Positions 50,220-58,753 of a stretch of DNA of 64,000 nucleotides are shown here, piece after piece. The stretch's first letter is position 1. Every line of letters begins with the position of its first letter. Location of the stretch: IMG/VR virus record IMGVR_UViG_3300045825_000547, one strand, 5' to 3'. This DNA is from an uncultured virus (IMG/VR IMGVR_UViG_3300045825_000547). Lineage: Duplodnaviria; Heunggongvirae; Uroviricota; Caudoviricetes. Made by a program: the position numbers and the translations under genes. The notes under the pieces were generated by a model. It ran no database searches and was not told where the DNA came from. It saw only the letters and a program-made list of their open reading frames with translations.

Positions 50220-50687
50220 ATGTCAAAATACTCTAAAGACGACAAGCAACAAGCACAGGACGCAGTTATGTTAACTACTGCTGTGTTTGCAGAGATTCTC
50301 CCACTACCAGCATACGATGTGTATCTGGCGACTAACCTTTTAAGGGATGCAGGAATTGGCCCTAAAGCCTTTGCCTCCTTCTTTAAAAAAGTGATAACAG
50401 AATCCTCGGTGTCTGTTAAAGATATGGCATCTCTCTCCTTAGCATCTGTGACCTACCACATGCTAGCTTCCCTTCTTGGTCTCCCTTCTTCTTGGTTTGC
50501 TTCCTTCTATCTCCTCACGTTTGATAACGAACAGGTGGATATAGCAACCCAACATAAGAACTGGGATACAGTGTCGGAAGCTCTAGATGGTGTAGCAGCA
50601 GCTAACGCACAGATATACAAAGTGCTAAGAGGGGAAGTGGATAAGCTGAAGCCAGAGCAATCCCTAATCCAAATAGCAATGAAATAA
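50220..50687 (+). CDS. hypothetical protein
   Basis: RBS present; followed by a terminator. Confidence 0.6.
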   Translation: MSKYSKDDKQQAQDAVMLTTAVFAEILPLPAYDVYLATNLLRDAGIGPKAFASFFKKVITESSVSVKDMASLSLASVTYHMLASLLGLPSSWFASFYLLTFDNEQVDIATQHKNWDTVSEALDGVAAANAQIYKVLRGEVDKLKPEQSLIQIAMK

Positions 50688-50717
50688 ACTCCTTTTTCGT
50701 TTTGATTTGTTCTCAAT

Positions 50718-50750
50718 AGACAGAAGCCTTAAAAACTTCTGTCTTTTTTT
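50718..50750 (+). terminator. intrinsic terminator
   Basis: AGACAGAAG-loop-CTTCTGTCT followed by a T-run. Confidence 0.75.
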
Positions 50751-50761
50751 GTTTTTCAGGG

Positions 50762-50791
50762 TTGTCATGGTCTGAAGGGGTATGCTATCAT
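50762..50791 (+). promoter_or_regulatory. possible sigma70-type promoter for the sigma factor gene
   Basis: TTGTCA-18 bp-TATCAT with extended TG. Confidence 0.45.
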
Positions 50792-50792
50792 T

Positions 50793-51812
50793 GTGTCGAA
50801 AACATCCCTGAAGGAGACCGCTACAGAAATGATGGACCCAATCTACGACACTTATTCCTCCGTCGGTTTTGAGTCACTAGCTGAAGAAGCCAGTGATGAG
50901 AATCTATGGGCGGACGCTATGCAGGAAGATACCCTGAAAGATGACTCCATTTCTTTCTACATAGCTAAGCTGCGCCCGACCCCGCTTCTTAGCAAACAAA
51001 AAGAGATGGTGTTGGCTAGGATAATCCAAGAGGCTGCTAAGACTCTCCCCACTCTTCCTCCAGATTCCCTAGAAGCAAAGGTGTATAGAATAAGAGCAGC
51101 AAATGCTAGAGATAGTCTTATCAGAGCTAACCTCCGATTAGTGGTGAGTATTGCCAAAAAATACTTGAATAAGACGGTCTCTTTTTTAGATTTGACACAG
51201 GAGGGAAACCTGGGGCTAGATAGAGCAGTTGATAAGTATGATCCCGATAAAGGTTTCAAGTTTAGTACGTATGCAACCTGGTGGATACGTCAGTATGTTA
51301 CCAGAGCCCTCACACAAACACTTAAAGTGGTGAGGATTCCAGTCCATGTGGTGGAGAGAACTACCAAGCTTAAAAAGATTGAGCGTGCATTCTTTGCAGC
51401 TACTGGCAGAGAGATCACTAATGCGGAGTTATGTAAGGAGCTGGGCGTCACTTTTCAGGCATTAAGGGAACTACGGAAAACCCTGCTAGACCCGGTGTAT
51501 CTATCTGCAAGGGTGAGCCTAGACGATGCAGACTTGACGCTAGAGGATGTGTTGGAGGATGACAGAGCCCACATTAATCTAACCAAGTTTGAAGAGACAG
51601 ATAAACATGATCTCATATCGGCAGCTCTTAGTTTCCTATCTCCCTTGCGAGTGCAGATCCTTCAAGAAAAATGGTGTGATTCCTGTTTCAGTTTGCAGGA
51701 GTTTGCTCACAGAAAAGGAGTGTCTTCTTCCTTTATCCAGAGAGAAGAGCGGGAAGCATTAAAACTTCTTCAGAAAATGCTTGCTCCTTATAAAGAGGAC
51801 TTGTTATCATGA
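50793..51812 (+). CDS. RNA polymerase sigma-70 family factor (RpoD/group 2-like)
   Basis: ANLRLVVSIAKKY, DLTQEGNLGL, KFSTYATWWIRQ, VRIPVH; region 4 diverged. Confidence 0.92.
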   Translation: MSKTSLKETATEMMDPIYDTYSSVGFESLAEEASDENLWADAMQEDTLKDDSISFYIAKLRPTPLLSKQKEMVLARIIQEAAKTLPTLPPDSLEAKVYRIRAANARDSLIRANLRLVVSIAKKYLNKTVSFLDLTQEGNLGLDRAVDKYDPDKGFKFSTYATWWIRQYVTRALTQTLKVVRIPVHVVERTTKLKKIERAFFAATGREITNAELCKELGVTFQALRELRKTLLDPVYLSARVSLDDADLTLEDVLEDDRAHINLTKFEETDKHDLISAALSFLSPLRVQILQEKWCDSCFSLQEFAHRKGVSSSFIQREEREALKLLQKMLAPYKEDLLS

Positions 51813-52462
51813 CAGCAGCAGGTTTTATTGAAAAAGTGCTGAGTAATGCAACGGCTAACGAAGCATTCTTTAGAGAAATCGTGGCAGTGTTGCGCCAGCA
51901 AAACTACGACACGGGTGTTCAAGACAAAGAGATAGACTTGATCCGCCAAATCTATTCAGACTCCTTAGCTATCCAACCTAATAGAAGGGTTCTTTCTCCA
52001 CTTAAGTCCCAAGCGTATAACCTCACAGGTTCCTTTAAAGACCAGTGTTACGCATTCATTGAGCCTCTAGAGGGAACTGAGCTGTTTCCATACCCTAAAG
52101 GCGCCCCAACCACTATAGGGATAGGACACCTAATAGTAAAGAACGACCCAGATTTCTCTGGAGGGCTCACAAAGCAACAGGCAATTGATTTATTCTTCCA
52201 AGACCTCCCAAGATACGTAGAGCATGTGGATAGTCATCTTACCATTTCTCTCCCTTCTAAATCTAGAGTTGCTTTGGTAAGCTTGGCGTTTAACAAAGGA
52301 AGTATATTTACTAACATGTATAAGTTAATAAATGCTAATAAATTCCAAGATACGGCTAACTACTGGTTAAAGTATAAAGATGATCACCCGGTCTTGTTGC
52401 CGAGAAGACATAAAGAAGTGAAACTATTTTTGGAAGGAGTTGGTATAGCATATGCCGGTTGA
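51809..52462 (+). CDS. GH24 phage lysozyme with N-terminal extension
   Basis: EG...PY...TIGIGH, ALVSLAFN-G, L--RR-KE. Confidence 0.8.
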   Translation: MTAAGFIEKVLSNATANEAFFREIVAVLRQQNYDTGVQDKEIDLIRQIYSDSLAIQPNRRVLSPLKSQAYNLTGSFKDQCYAFIEPLEGTELFPYPKGAPTTIGIGHLIVKNDPDFSGGLTKQQAIDLFFQDLPRYVEHVDSHLTISLPSKSRVALVSLAFNKGSIFTNMYKLINANKFQDTANYWLKYKDDHPVLLPRRHKEVKLFLEGVGIAYAG

Positions 52463-53018
52463 TACACAGATACTAAAGAAACTTGATTCGTACTTTTCCG
52501 ACATTATGCATGTTGTTAGTGCTAAACCGTGGATAGAATCTCTCCCTCACATTAAAGTGGGAGTTATAGACAACCAAGACAAGCCGCAAACCCTTTCGTG
52601 TGTCATAACTGAGTATAAATCTTCTAGGCAGAGCGCCCCTTCCACTTTCCGCCAGGCAGCCCGTAGAGTATGGAAAGAGGGGGGCAATTTCACCAGTAGA
52701 GTTATTACTGAATTTTTCTACACCTGTGTAATCCCTGACCTGCTCTTTGAGCTTACTATCATATCCGTGATGGTTGACGTTGTTAATGGTAAATACGCTT
52801 TTTGTTACGGACCCGTTCGGGCAGAGGCTCTTCCACCCAAAGAGGGAGAAGCACCATCAAAAAGCATTTATGTAGTTATTGATGGATACCAGAGAACAAA
52901 AGTGGGAGAATTGGCATCTCTTCACTCTATCCTTCCGGACATGCCTGTATTTGATTTTATTGATGAATTTTTAGAGTGCATTAAGTTGCAAGAGGAGATA
53001 GATGGACACATTGGCTAA
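52452..53018 (+). CDS. hypothetical protein
   Basis: Overlapping operon gene. Confidence 0.6.
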   Translation: MPVDTQILKKLDSYFSDIMHVVSAKPWIESLPHIKVGVIDNQDKPQTLSCVITEYKSSRQSAPSTFRQAARRVWKEGGNFTSRVITEFFYTCVIPDLLFELTIISVMVDVVNGKYAFCYGPVRAEALPPKEGEAPSKSIYVVIDGYQRTKVGELASLHSILPDMPVFDFIDEFLECIKLQEEIDGHIG

Positions 53019-53592
53019 CCTAACAAGCCTTCTCTCAGAACTCCCAGGAGTGGGGGAGAAGACAGCCACCCGTCTTGCCTTTTTCCTATTAAAGCAAGAC
53101 CAAAAATACCTCTCAGCCTTAGGGGGATGTATTAAAGACTGCAAAGAGCTAACTAAAGCTTGCAGCAAATGTTTCTCATACACAGAAGATGAAGTGTGTA
53201 AGGTTTGTGCGAAAACCGATTCCCGTGCTAATTCCATTTGTGTAGTTGCCAATTCTCAAGTAATGCAAACCATAGAGAAAGCTGGAGTGTTTACCGGTAC
53301 GTATCATGTGTTGCAGGGACTAATTTCCCCTATGGATGGCATTGGTCCAGACCAGATAAGAGCCCGAGAGCTCCTTCTCCGCTGTAGCCCTGATAGACCT
53401 AGTGAGATCATATTTGCGCTTGACACGTCTATAGAGAGTGAAGCAACTATTCTCTATCTAACTCGACTAATCTCCCCACTACAAATCCCTCTCTCGCGAA
53501 TAGGGTTTGGCTTGGGTGTGGGGAGTGACATCTCATCTGCGGATGCAATGTCATTAGGGAAAGCACTTTCCCATCGCGAACATTTAAATTAA
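53002..53592 (+). CDS. recR: recombination mediator RecR
   Basis: HhH LPGVGEKTATRLAFF, C4 zinc finger, YHVLQGLISPMDGIGP, EAT--Y. Confidence 0.92.
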   Translation: MDTLANLTSLLSELPGVGEKTATRLAFFLLKQDQKYLSALGGCIKDCKELTKACSKCFSYTEDEVCKVCAKTDSRANSICVVANSQVMQTIEKAGVFTGTYHVLQGLISPMDGIGPDQIRARELLLRCSPDRPSEIIFALDTSIESEATILYLTRLISPLQIPLSRIGFGLGVGSDISSADAMSLGKALSHREHLN

Positions 53593-53606
53593 TTAAGGAA
53601 AAATAA

Positions 53607-54113
53607 ATGAGCAAACAATACATATCCCTCCACCCATCAACAGTGGAAGATTTTGAGACAGTTGTGGGTAGACAGATAAACAACACTGGTTTGGTTTACC
53701 ACAGCGTGTGCATTAAATCAGGAAGCAGTAAGGGGTTTGAGTGCTTCGAGGCAGTAACCGTATCAAGCGGTGGAGTGATTTACTTAGCTACGCTTATCAT
53801 TCCCTTTGACTACATGGATAGAAATTTCCCAGTGACAGACCTAGAAGTGGAAGAAGATCATGACACGAGTGACGACGCTATGGAGGAAATGCACCAGATG
53901 ATGACACCGTTCGGTATGGGTGCGATTATCAAAATGGGCAAGAAACCTCCTGAAGATGACAGAGAAACTCTTAAGATCAGTAAGAAGCGTCTTACCGAGA
54001 AAAGTAAAGAGGCAGTATGCTCACACTTTGCACAACAAATAAAGCTTGGCAAGGTCTTTTCTAAAATTCCTTCTGCAAATATAGTAGAGGGACATATTAC
54101 CATAAGAGATTAA
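53607..54113 (+). CDS. hypothetical protein
   Basis: AAGGA RBS. Confidence 0.6.
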   Translation: MSKQYISLHPSTVEDFETVVGRQINNTGLVYHSVCIKSGSSKGFECFEAVTVSSGGVIYLATLIIPFDYMDRNFPVTDLEVEEDHDTSDDAMEEMHQMMTPFGMGAIIKMGKKPPEDDRETLKISKKRLTEKSKEAVCSHFAQQIKLGKVFSKIPSANIVEGHITIRD

Positions 54114-54140
54114 ACATATAATCAAAGGAAACAAAAAAAG

Positions 54141-54593
54141 ATGGGACAAAAAAAGATGGATAACTTCACAGACTCAGACTTCCGTATACTAAGTTTCTTA
54201 GGGTCAATCCCCGTAGACTCTGGGCTAACTGCCTTTGCGTCTTTTAAAAAGTACCACGCAGCGTTGGCAACTAAGCATCCACATATTATGGTGGACCTTA
54301 TCAAATGGGTACTCATTAAAATAAGTACGGATGCCAAGAAAACTGCAATAGCGTTCCCAGAAGAAGACATTTTCTTGGAGTACAACGTTAGGTTAGTACC
54401 TATAAAGCACGGATCAACTGGGGCAGTTAGCAATGTTAGGATAGAGATTCCCGAGCCGATTCCTGGAAAGAAGGGATTAGTGGAGAGCCTCACTAGATTA
54501 GCGGAGATAGCTCCTTCTCCCTTTGTTACTTGGATACTCTATTGTATTCAGTCTAACTCTTGTGAGGCTAAAGAGGGGGAAGAGCTTGTATGA
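54141..54593 (+). CDS. hypothetical protein
   Basis: Operon ORF. Confidence 0.55.
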   Translation: MGQKKMDNFTDSDFRILSFLGSIPVDSGLTAFASFKKYHAALATKHPHIMVDLIKWVLIKISTDAKKTAIAFPEEDIFLEYNVRLVPIKHGSTGAVSNVRIEIPEPIPGKKGLVESLTRLAEIAPSPFVTWILYCIQSNSCEAKEGEELV

Positions 54594-55042
54594 CCCCAGA
54601 AACCAGCATAATTACGGAGCAGCTCACGCTCAAAGGTTTTGTTTCCCTGAAGAGAATCATGGCAAAGATCAGCGAAGACTTTTCTGTGCCAGAGATTACA
54701 AGCAGTGCTGCGGAAGATGGGTTAGTATCTCTATTAACGGCGTTTAAGGAGTTAGCTAAGTGGGAGATAATCGGCCCACGCTTTACCACGGCTAAGGACG
54801 AAAAAATATATAACATGGCGCTGGAGTTATTTATAAACTCCGTCTCCCTATCTGTACTCGCTAGGGGAGATGATGATTTTTTAGAAACATTTATTGACAC
54901 TAAATGGTGGATACTGGGTACGGCACTGCCTCTTCTTGAGACAGGCAATATACCCGTATCTGCCTTTGAAAGGAAAGCATATGACCAAATCGTATACCCT
55001 AGAACAGCTATGGAAGGATCTATCGATCCCTGTCCCGATTAA
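54590..55042 (+). CDS. hypothetical protein
   Basis: ATGA overlap with the upstream gene. Confidence 0.6.
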   Translation: MTPETSIITEQLTLKGFVSLKRIMAKISEDFSVPEITSSAAEDGLVSLLTAFKELAKWEIIGPRFTTAKDEKIYNMALELFINSVSLSVLARGDDDFLETFIDTKWWILGTALPLLETGNIPVSAFERKAYDQIVYPRTAMEGSIDPCPD

Positions 55043-56228
55043 CGCCGCAAGGGGCTTAGCTATAGACTTAACCCTTAAACTTACAGATACGTCCTCAACC
55101 GCTAGTGCGTACGGCGTTGCAGATAGTAAAGAAGATGCTTTCACTCGTTTACGAGCAAACCCTCCGTTCATTAACGGGAAAGCAAATAAGGAAAATGTTA
55201 TCCCTGTATTAAAAGCCCTCTATAGCTATCAAGATGCTCCACCAACGAACCCAGTCTTTTCTGCAGTGTCTGTGCTAGTGGACACGATCAAAACAACACA
55301 GAAACAATTGGACGCACTTGACTACACCACACCCGCATCGGACGAGGGGATAGTTTTGTTTAGTCTAGGTATAAACGAACTATCCAAGGCTATCCTAAGA
55401 GCCACTGCACCGCTTGTAGTATTAGAAGAAACCATCAAAACTAAAGCAGAGCTGTTCCATAACATTAGCGTAGTGGATAAAGAGATCGAAGAGGCTCAAA
55501 CAAAGAGAGCTTTGCTCTTAGGAAACCACGTTCCCGTTAAAGCATTGAAGGCTATTTCTGTACCAGAACCTGCGCCGAAAAAGGAAAATTCTGGACCATT
55601 CTACTCTATTCTGTACACACATCTGCCGTTTCAGGGAACACCGGATGCTAAGTTCTATGCACTAACTAGAAGTATCTGCCAAAGGTTCTACACACATGTA
55701 TGGAGCAAACTATCTAAAGAAAGGAAAGAGCTGGTAACTTCTTCTAAATTCCCGGGTATCCAGTCGTATGTGGCTAGGGTTCTCATGGATGCATTTTTCA
55801 CAGCTCACGACCTTCCTAAAGGATTTTATTCAGACTATGCAATAGAGACTATCTCCAAAGACGTGGGAGAATTTCTTAAAGCAGACCACGATCTGCTTAT
55901 ATTAAATTTGGCAGATAGTGTAAATGCGATGGGACTATTTGATGGCTTCGTTGATCTCCCGGAGCATATCCGCCAATATGGCCTCTTCCTCATCGCTACT
56001 CATCCGATAGATTTCACAAAGAGTAGATTCTTTCCACAGTTTAAAGGAACAGGTGGTGTGAAAGATTGGGATAAGCCGACTACTTATTCTTTCTGGGTAA
56101 GTTTCTTTGAGCGTTTTGGCTCAGAAGTGAAGAAGGATGAAGACCCTACCGTCACATTCCAAAGAAGTGTGTTTGCAAAAGAGATGGGACGATTCTTTCT
56201 GCAACTGCCGTCTACTGGGCACAGCTAA
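54981..56228 (+). CDS. hypothetical protein with coiled coil
   Basis: AAGGA RBS before ATG 54981. Confidence 0.6.
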   Translation: MTKSYTLEQLWKDLSIPVPINAARGLAIDLTLKLTDTSSTASAYGVADSKEDAFTRLRANPPFINGKANKENVIPVLKALYSYQDAPPTNPVFSAVSVLVDTIKTTQKQLDALDYTTPASDEGIVLFSLGINELSKAILRATAPLVVLEETIKTKAELFHNISVVDKEIEEAQTKRALLLGNHVPVKALKAISVPEPAPKKENSGPFYSILYTHLPFQGTPDAKFYALTRSICQRFYTHVWSKLSKERKELVTSSKFPGIQSYVARVLMDAFFTAHDLPKGFYSDYAIETISKDVGEFLKADHDLLILNLADSVNAMGLFDGFVDLPEHIRQYGLFLIATHPIDFTKSRFFPQFKGTGGVKDWDKPTTYSFWVSFFERFGSEVKKDEDPTVTFQRSVFAKEMGRFFLQLPSTGHS

Positions 56229-56237
56229 GGGATAATT

Positions 56238-56268
56238 AAAGGAGCTATTAAAACGCTCCTTTTTCTTT
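56238..56268 (+). terminator. intrinsic terminator
   Basis: AAAGGAGC-loop-GCTCCTTT followed by T-rich sequence. Confidence 0.6.
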
Positions 56269-56306
56269 CCTCTACGAGATTGGAGACAATATGGAGGAAC
56301 CCCACC

Positions 56307-56546
56307 ATGGGCAAAAAGAAAGATCTTGACCACATCAGACAACACTGCACAATTTCTATCTTTGAGAAATGGACAGATACGATTCTATACTACCTAGCTA
56401 TAGATGCAGATACTCTAGACCACCTTTCAACGCAAGAAGTGGTGGACATCTGCGACCCCGTTAATAAAGGCGGGAAGGTTTGGGACGCAGGAGAAGCGGT
56501 GAGCTTAACGCAAGCACACAAGCTAGTCCACGTTTGGAAAACTTAA
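56307..56546 (+). CDS. hypothetical protein
   Basis: GGAGG RBS before ATG 56307. Confidence 0.55.
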   Translation: MGKKKDLDHIRQHCTISIFEKWTDTILYYLAIDADTLDHLSTQEVVDICDPVNKGGKVWDAGEAVSLTQAHKLVHVWKT

Positions 56547-56589
56547 TTTCTAAATTAATCAACTATATTTTAATCATTAAAAAGGAAAA

Positions 56590-57426
56590 TTGGCAATGGC
56601 TAATACATCAATTCTTTCTCTATCAGAGAAACACGTCGTAGATCTTCAACGTACATTAGGCGCTGTACTAACACCTAGTGGTCAAGTAATCTATGAAACA
56701 GGAAAATACACATTTAAAAACGCAGTAGGAAACCGTCCTATTGATTGGGTACATGTTAATAAGATTATTACAAGCATGGAAACACAAGATCTCCATAAAG
56801 AAAACCCTATCATAGTCAATCTAAGAGGGGAAATAGTGGATGGGCAACATAGATATGAGGCTAGAAAGAAACTAGAGCGTATAGTTTATTTCACAGTTTG
56901 CCAGAAAATGGGTGCAGCTACGACAACAACCATCCAATTACTAAACTCCAGTAATAAGAATTGGAAATTACAAGATTACCTAGATAGTTTTTGTAGTCAA
57001 GGTAATAAAGACTATATAGCAATGAAAAAGTTCCTTAAAGCGTTCCCTGTGTTCACCATTTCCCTTGCTATTGAGTTATTAGGCCCTAACAAAGGACCAA
57101 CAAGAAGCGAAAGATTCAGATCAGGACAATTTACTATGGTGAATGAAGAGACTTGTCGTGTGGTAGCTAAGTGGCAAGAAGAAATGGAGAAATTAGTACC
57201 AACTAAGTCTTATACGAGAAATGCTTACTTTATAAGAGGATTACATCTCATAGTGGTTAGTCAAAAGATCACCCTAGCTGCTATGCTCAAAGCTTTAACA
57301 CCGCAAGTAAGAAAACTAACACTTGCTTCTGGGACCGCTGATGCTGTAGATATGCTGTTAGAGATCTATAACTATCACAAGACTGCTTCTCACAGAATAA
57401 AGAGCTTAGATACTAAGGGGCACTAG
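56590..57426 (+). CDS. ParB/Srx-like N-terminal domain protein
   Basis: NR...PIIVN...IVDGQHR motif. Confidence 0.75.
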   Translation: MAMANTSILSLSEKHVVDLQRTLGAVLTPSGQVIYETGKYTFKNAVGNRPIDWVHVNKIITSMETQDLHKENPIIVNLRGEIVDGQHRYEARKKLERIVYFTVCQKMGAATTTTIQLLNSSNKNWKLQDYLDSFCSQGNKDYIAMKKFLKAFPVFTISLAIELLGPNKGPTRSERFRSGQFTMVNEETCRVVAKWQEEMEKLVPTKSYTRNAYFIRGLHLIVVSQKITLAAMLKALTPQVRKLTLASGTADAVDMLLEIYNYHKTASHRIKSLDTKGH

Positions 57427-57427
57427 T

Positions 57428-57547
57428 ATGAACAAGGAACCGAGAGATGAATACTCACCAGAAGCGCTATTTCACCACGACCTTGCCATGTTCATTACTA
57501 TGCTTGTTATGCTTTCTCTTGCCGTGTGGGTAATTCAGCATATATAA
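57428..57547 (+). CDS. small single-TM peptide (39 aa, not in ORF track)
   Basis: MNKEPRDEYSPEALFHHDLAMFITMLVMLSLAVWVIQHI; starts 1 nt after the upstream stop. Confidence 0.45.
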   Translation: MNKEPRDEYSPEALFHHDLAMFITMLVMLSLAVWVIQHI

Positions 57548-57553
57548 GTCATT

Positions 57554-57847
57554 CTATGTGGTAAGTTCGCCACCAGACCCATCATTTTGCTTACTAAGCT
57601 CCAACTTTGCCATGAAATCATCTAAAGCTTCGTCTCTTTCTCCTTTCGGGGGAAGAGCTTTTGCTTTGGACAGAGCTTCCATGAACTCTACCCTATTCTC
57701 TCTTATGATCCTAGCCCCCATTTCCTTAAACAGGTCATTGAGGCTCCTATCCTGCGCATTAGCTATAACACGCAGCTCTGCGAGTATGTCTTTCCTCATC
57801 CTTATGTTGAAACGTCCACTATCCTTATAGTTTAACTGGTAATCCAT
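57554..57847 (-). CDS. ribbon-helix-helix (Arc/HicB-C-like) DNA-binding protein
   Basis: SGRFNIRM...L...A....RSLN pattern; GGAGG RBS. Confidence 0.75.
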   Translation of the reverse strand: MDYQLNYKDSGRFNIRMRKDILAELRVIANAQDRSLNDLFKEMGARIIRENRVEFMEALSKAKALPPKGERDEALDDFMAKLELSKQNDGSGGELTT

Positions 57848-57886
57848 ATAGGTGCCTCCCTGTAATACCCTAATTGTACCTATTTA

Positions 57887-57997
57887 GGGGGGACTCAGGA
57901 AAAGGCTATAGGGTTAGAGCTATATTGGGAACACAAGGAGGGCGGGCTGCTGACTCCCCCGGGGAATCAAGTACACGGGTTATAGGGGAGGACTCAG
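57887..57997. repeat. GGACTCAG boxes and palindrome in a divergent control region
   Basis: GGGGGGACTCAG at 57887, GGGAGGACTCAG at 57986, TGACTCCCC-C-GGGGAATCA at 57951-57969. Confidence 0.55.
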
Positions 57998-58000
57998 GGG

Positions 58001-58040
58001 GTTAATAATAGGGTATTTCCTGGTATAAGAACTATGAAAG
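58001..58040 (+). promoter_or_regulatory. phage promoter motif, copy 5
   Basis: GTTAAT-N17-TATAAG-AACTA-TGAAAG. Confidence 0.7.
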
Positions 58041-58175
58041 AGAAGGTAGCAATATCTTCATATTATAGTTGCGGTTCACATCCACATATATTCAATCACT
58101 ATAACATATCGGCAGAATAAGACCTGGGTAGTTGTAGAGAAAGAATATGGATGGAGAACAGCAAGGAGAAACATT

Positions 58176-58424
58176 ATGATGGGATTCAACAAAAAACCAG
58201 AACCAACATTTATGAGTAAATTACTAAGCTTTTGTGGAACAGTAATAATTATTGCTGGAGCAGTAGTGCTCGGCATAATGGCACTTAACTACATTGTGTC
58301 AGCAGGTGCAGCTGCTGCATCATTAGTAATAGCGGGTGGTGCCGCTCTTGCATCAATGTTCTCTGCAGACCCGACGGTTACAGAGAAACAAGTTAAAAGC
58401 GATAAATTCTCTAAGGCTGGATAA
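58176..58424 (+). CDS. small membrane protein
   Basis: AAGGAG RBS; long hydrophobic stretch. Confidence 0.65.
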   Translation: MMGFNKKPEPTFMSKLLSFCGTVIIIAGAVVLGIMALNYIVSAGAAAASLVIAGGAALASMFSADPTVTEKQVKSDKFSKAG

Positions 58425-58428
58425 GCCG

Positions 58429-58458
58429 AAAACCACATCAGAAATGGTGTGGTTTTTT
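58429..58458 (+). terminator. intrinsic terminator
   Basis: AAAACCACATCA-GAAA-TGGTGTGGTTTT followed by T residues. Confidence 0.75.
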
Positions 58459-58513
58459 CTTAGCTTCTTGGAAAGAAAGGAGACACCTGACTATTCTAAC
58501 GAGGGCTAAATAT

Positions 58514-58753
58514 ATGACAGACGCGACAAAGGACAATTCCTTTCCCCCTCCTAAATCCTTTCTAGTTACCATGCGCGTGGTGGTAGGGCAAGAGGATATC
58601 TTCCGCATTAAGGGGGAAGAAGATTACGACGCCGACGGGCCTTGGGGAGAAGACGATTTCATCGAGGCCGAACTATGCTGGGCTGGGGAAAGTTTCTCCG
58701 GCCTGAAGGTGTTAGCTATTAAAGAAGAGGGCGCAACGAATGAGCTTGACTAA
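58514..58753 (+). CDS. acidic hypothetical protein
   Basis: GAGG RBS. Confidence 0.55.
   Translation: MTDATKDNSFPPPKSFLVTMRVVVGQEDIFRIKGEEDYDADGPWGEDDFIEAELCWAGESFSGLKVLAIKEEGATNELD

Noticed and set aside
57554..57847. HicAB toxin-antitoxin pair
   Set aside because: Only an RHH domain is present. There is no HicB N-terminal domain and no neighbouring HicA-like gene.
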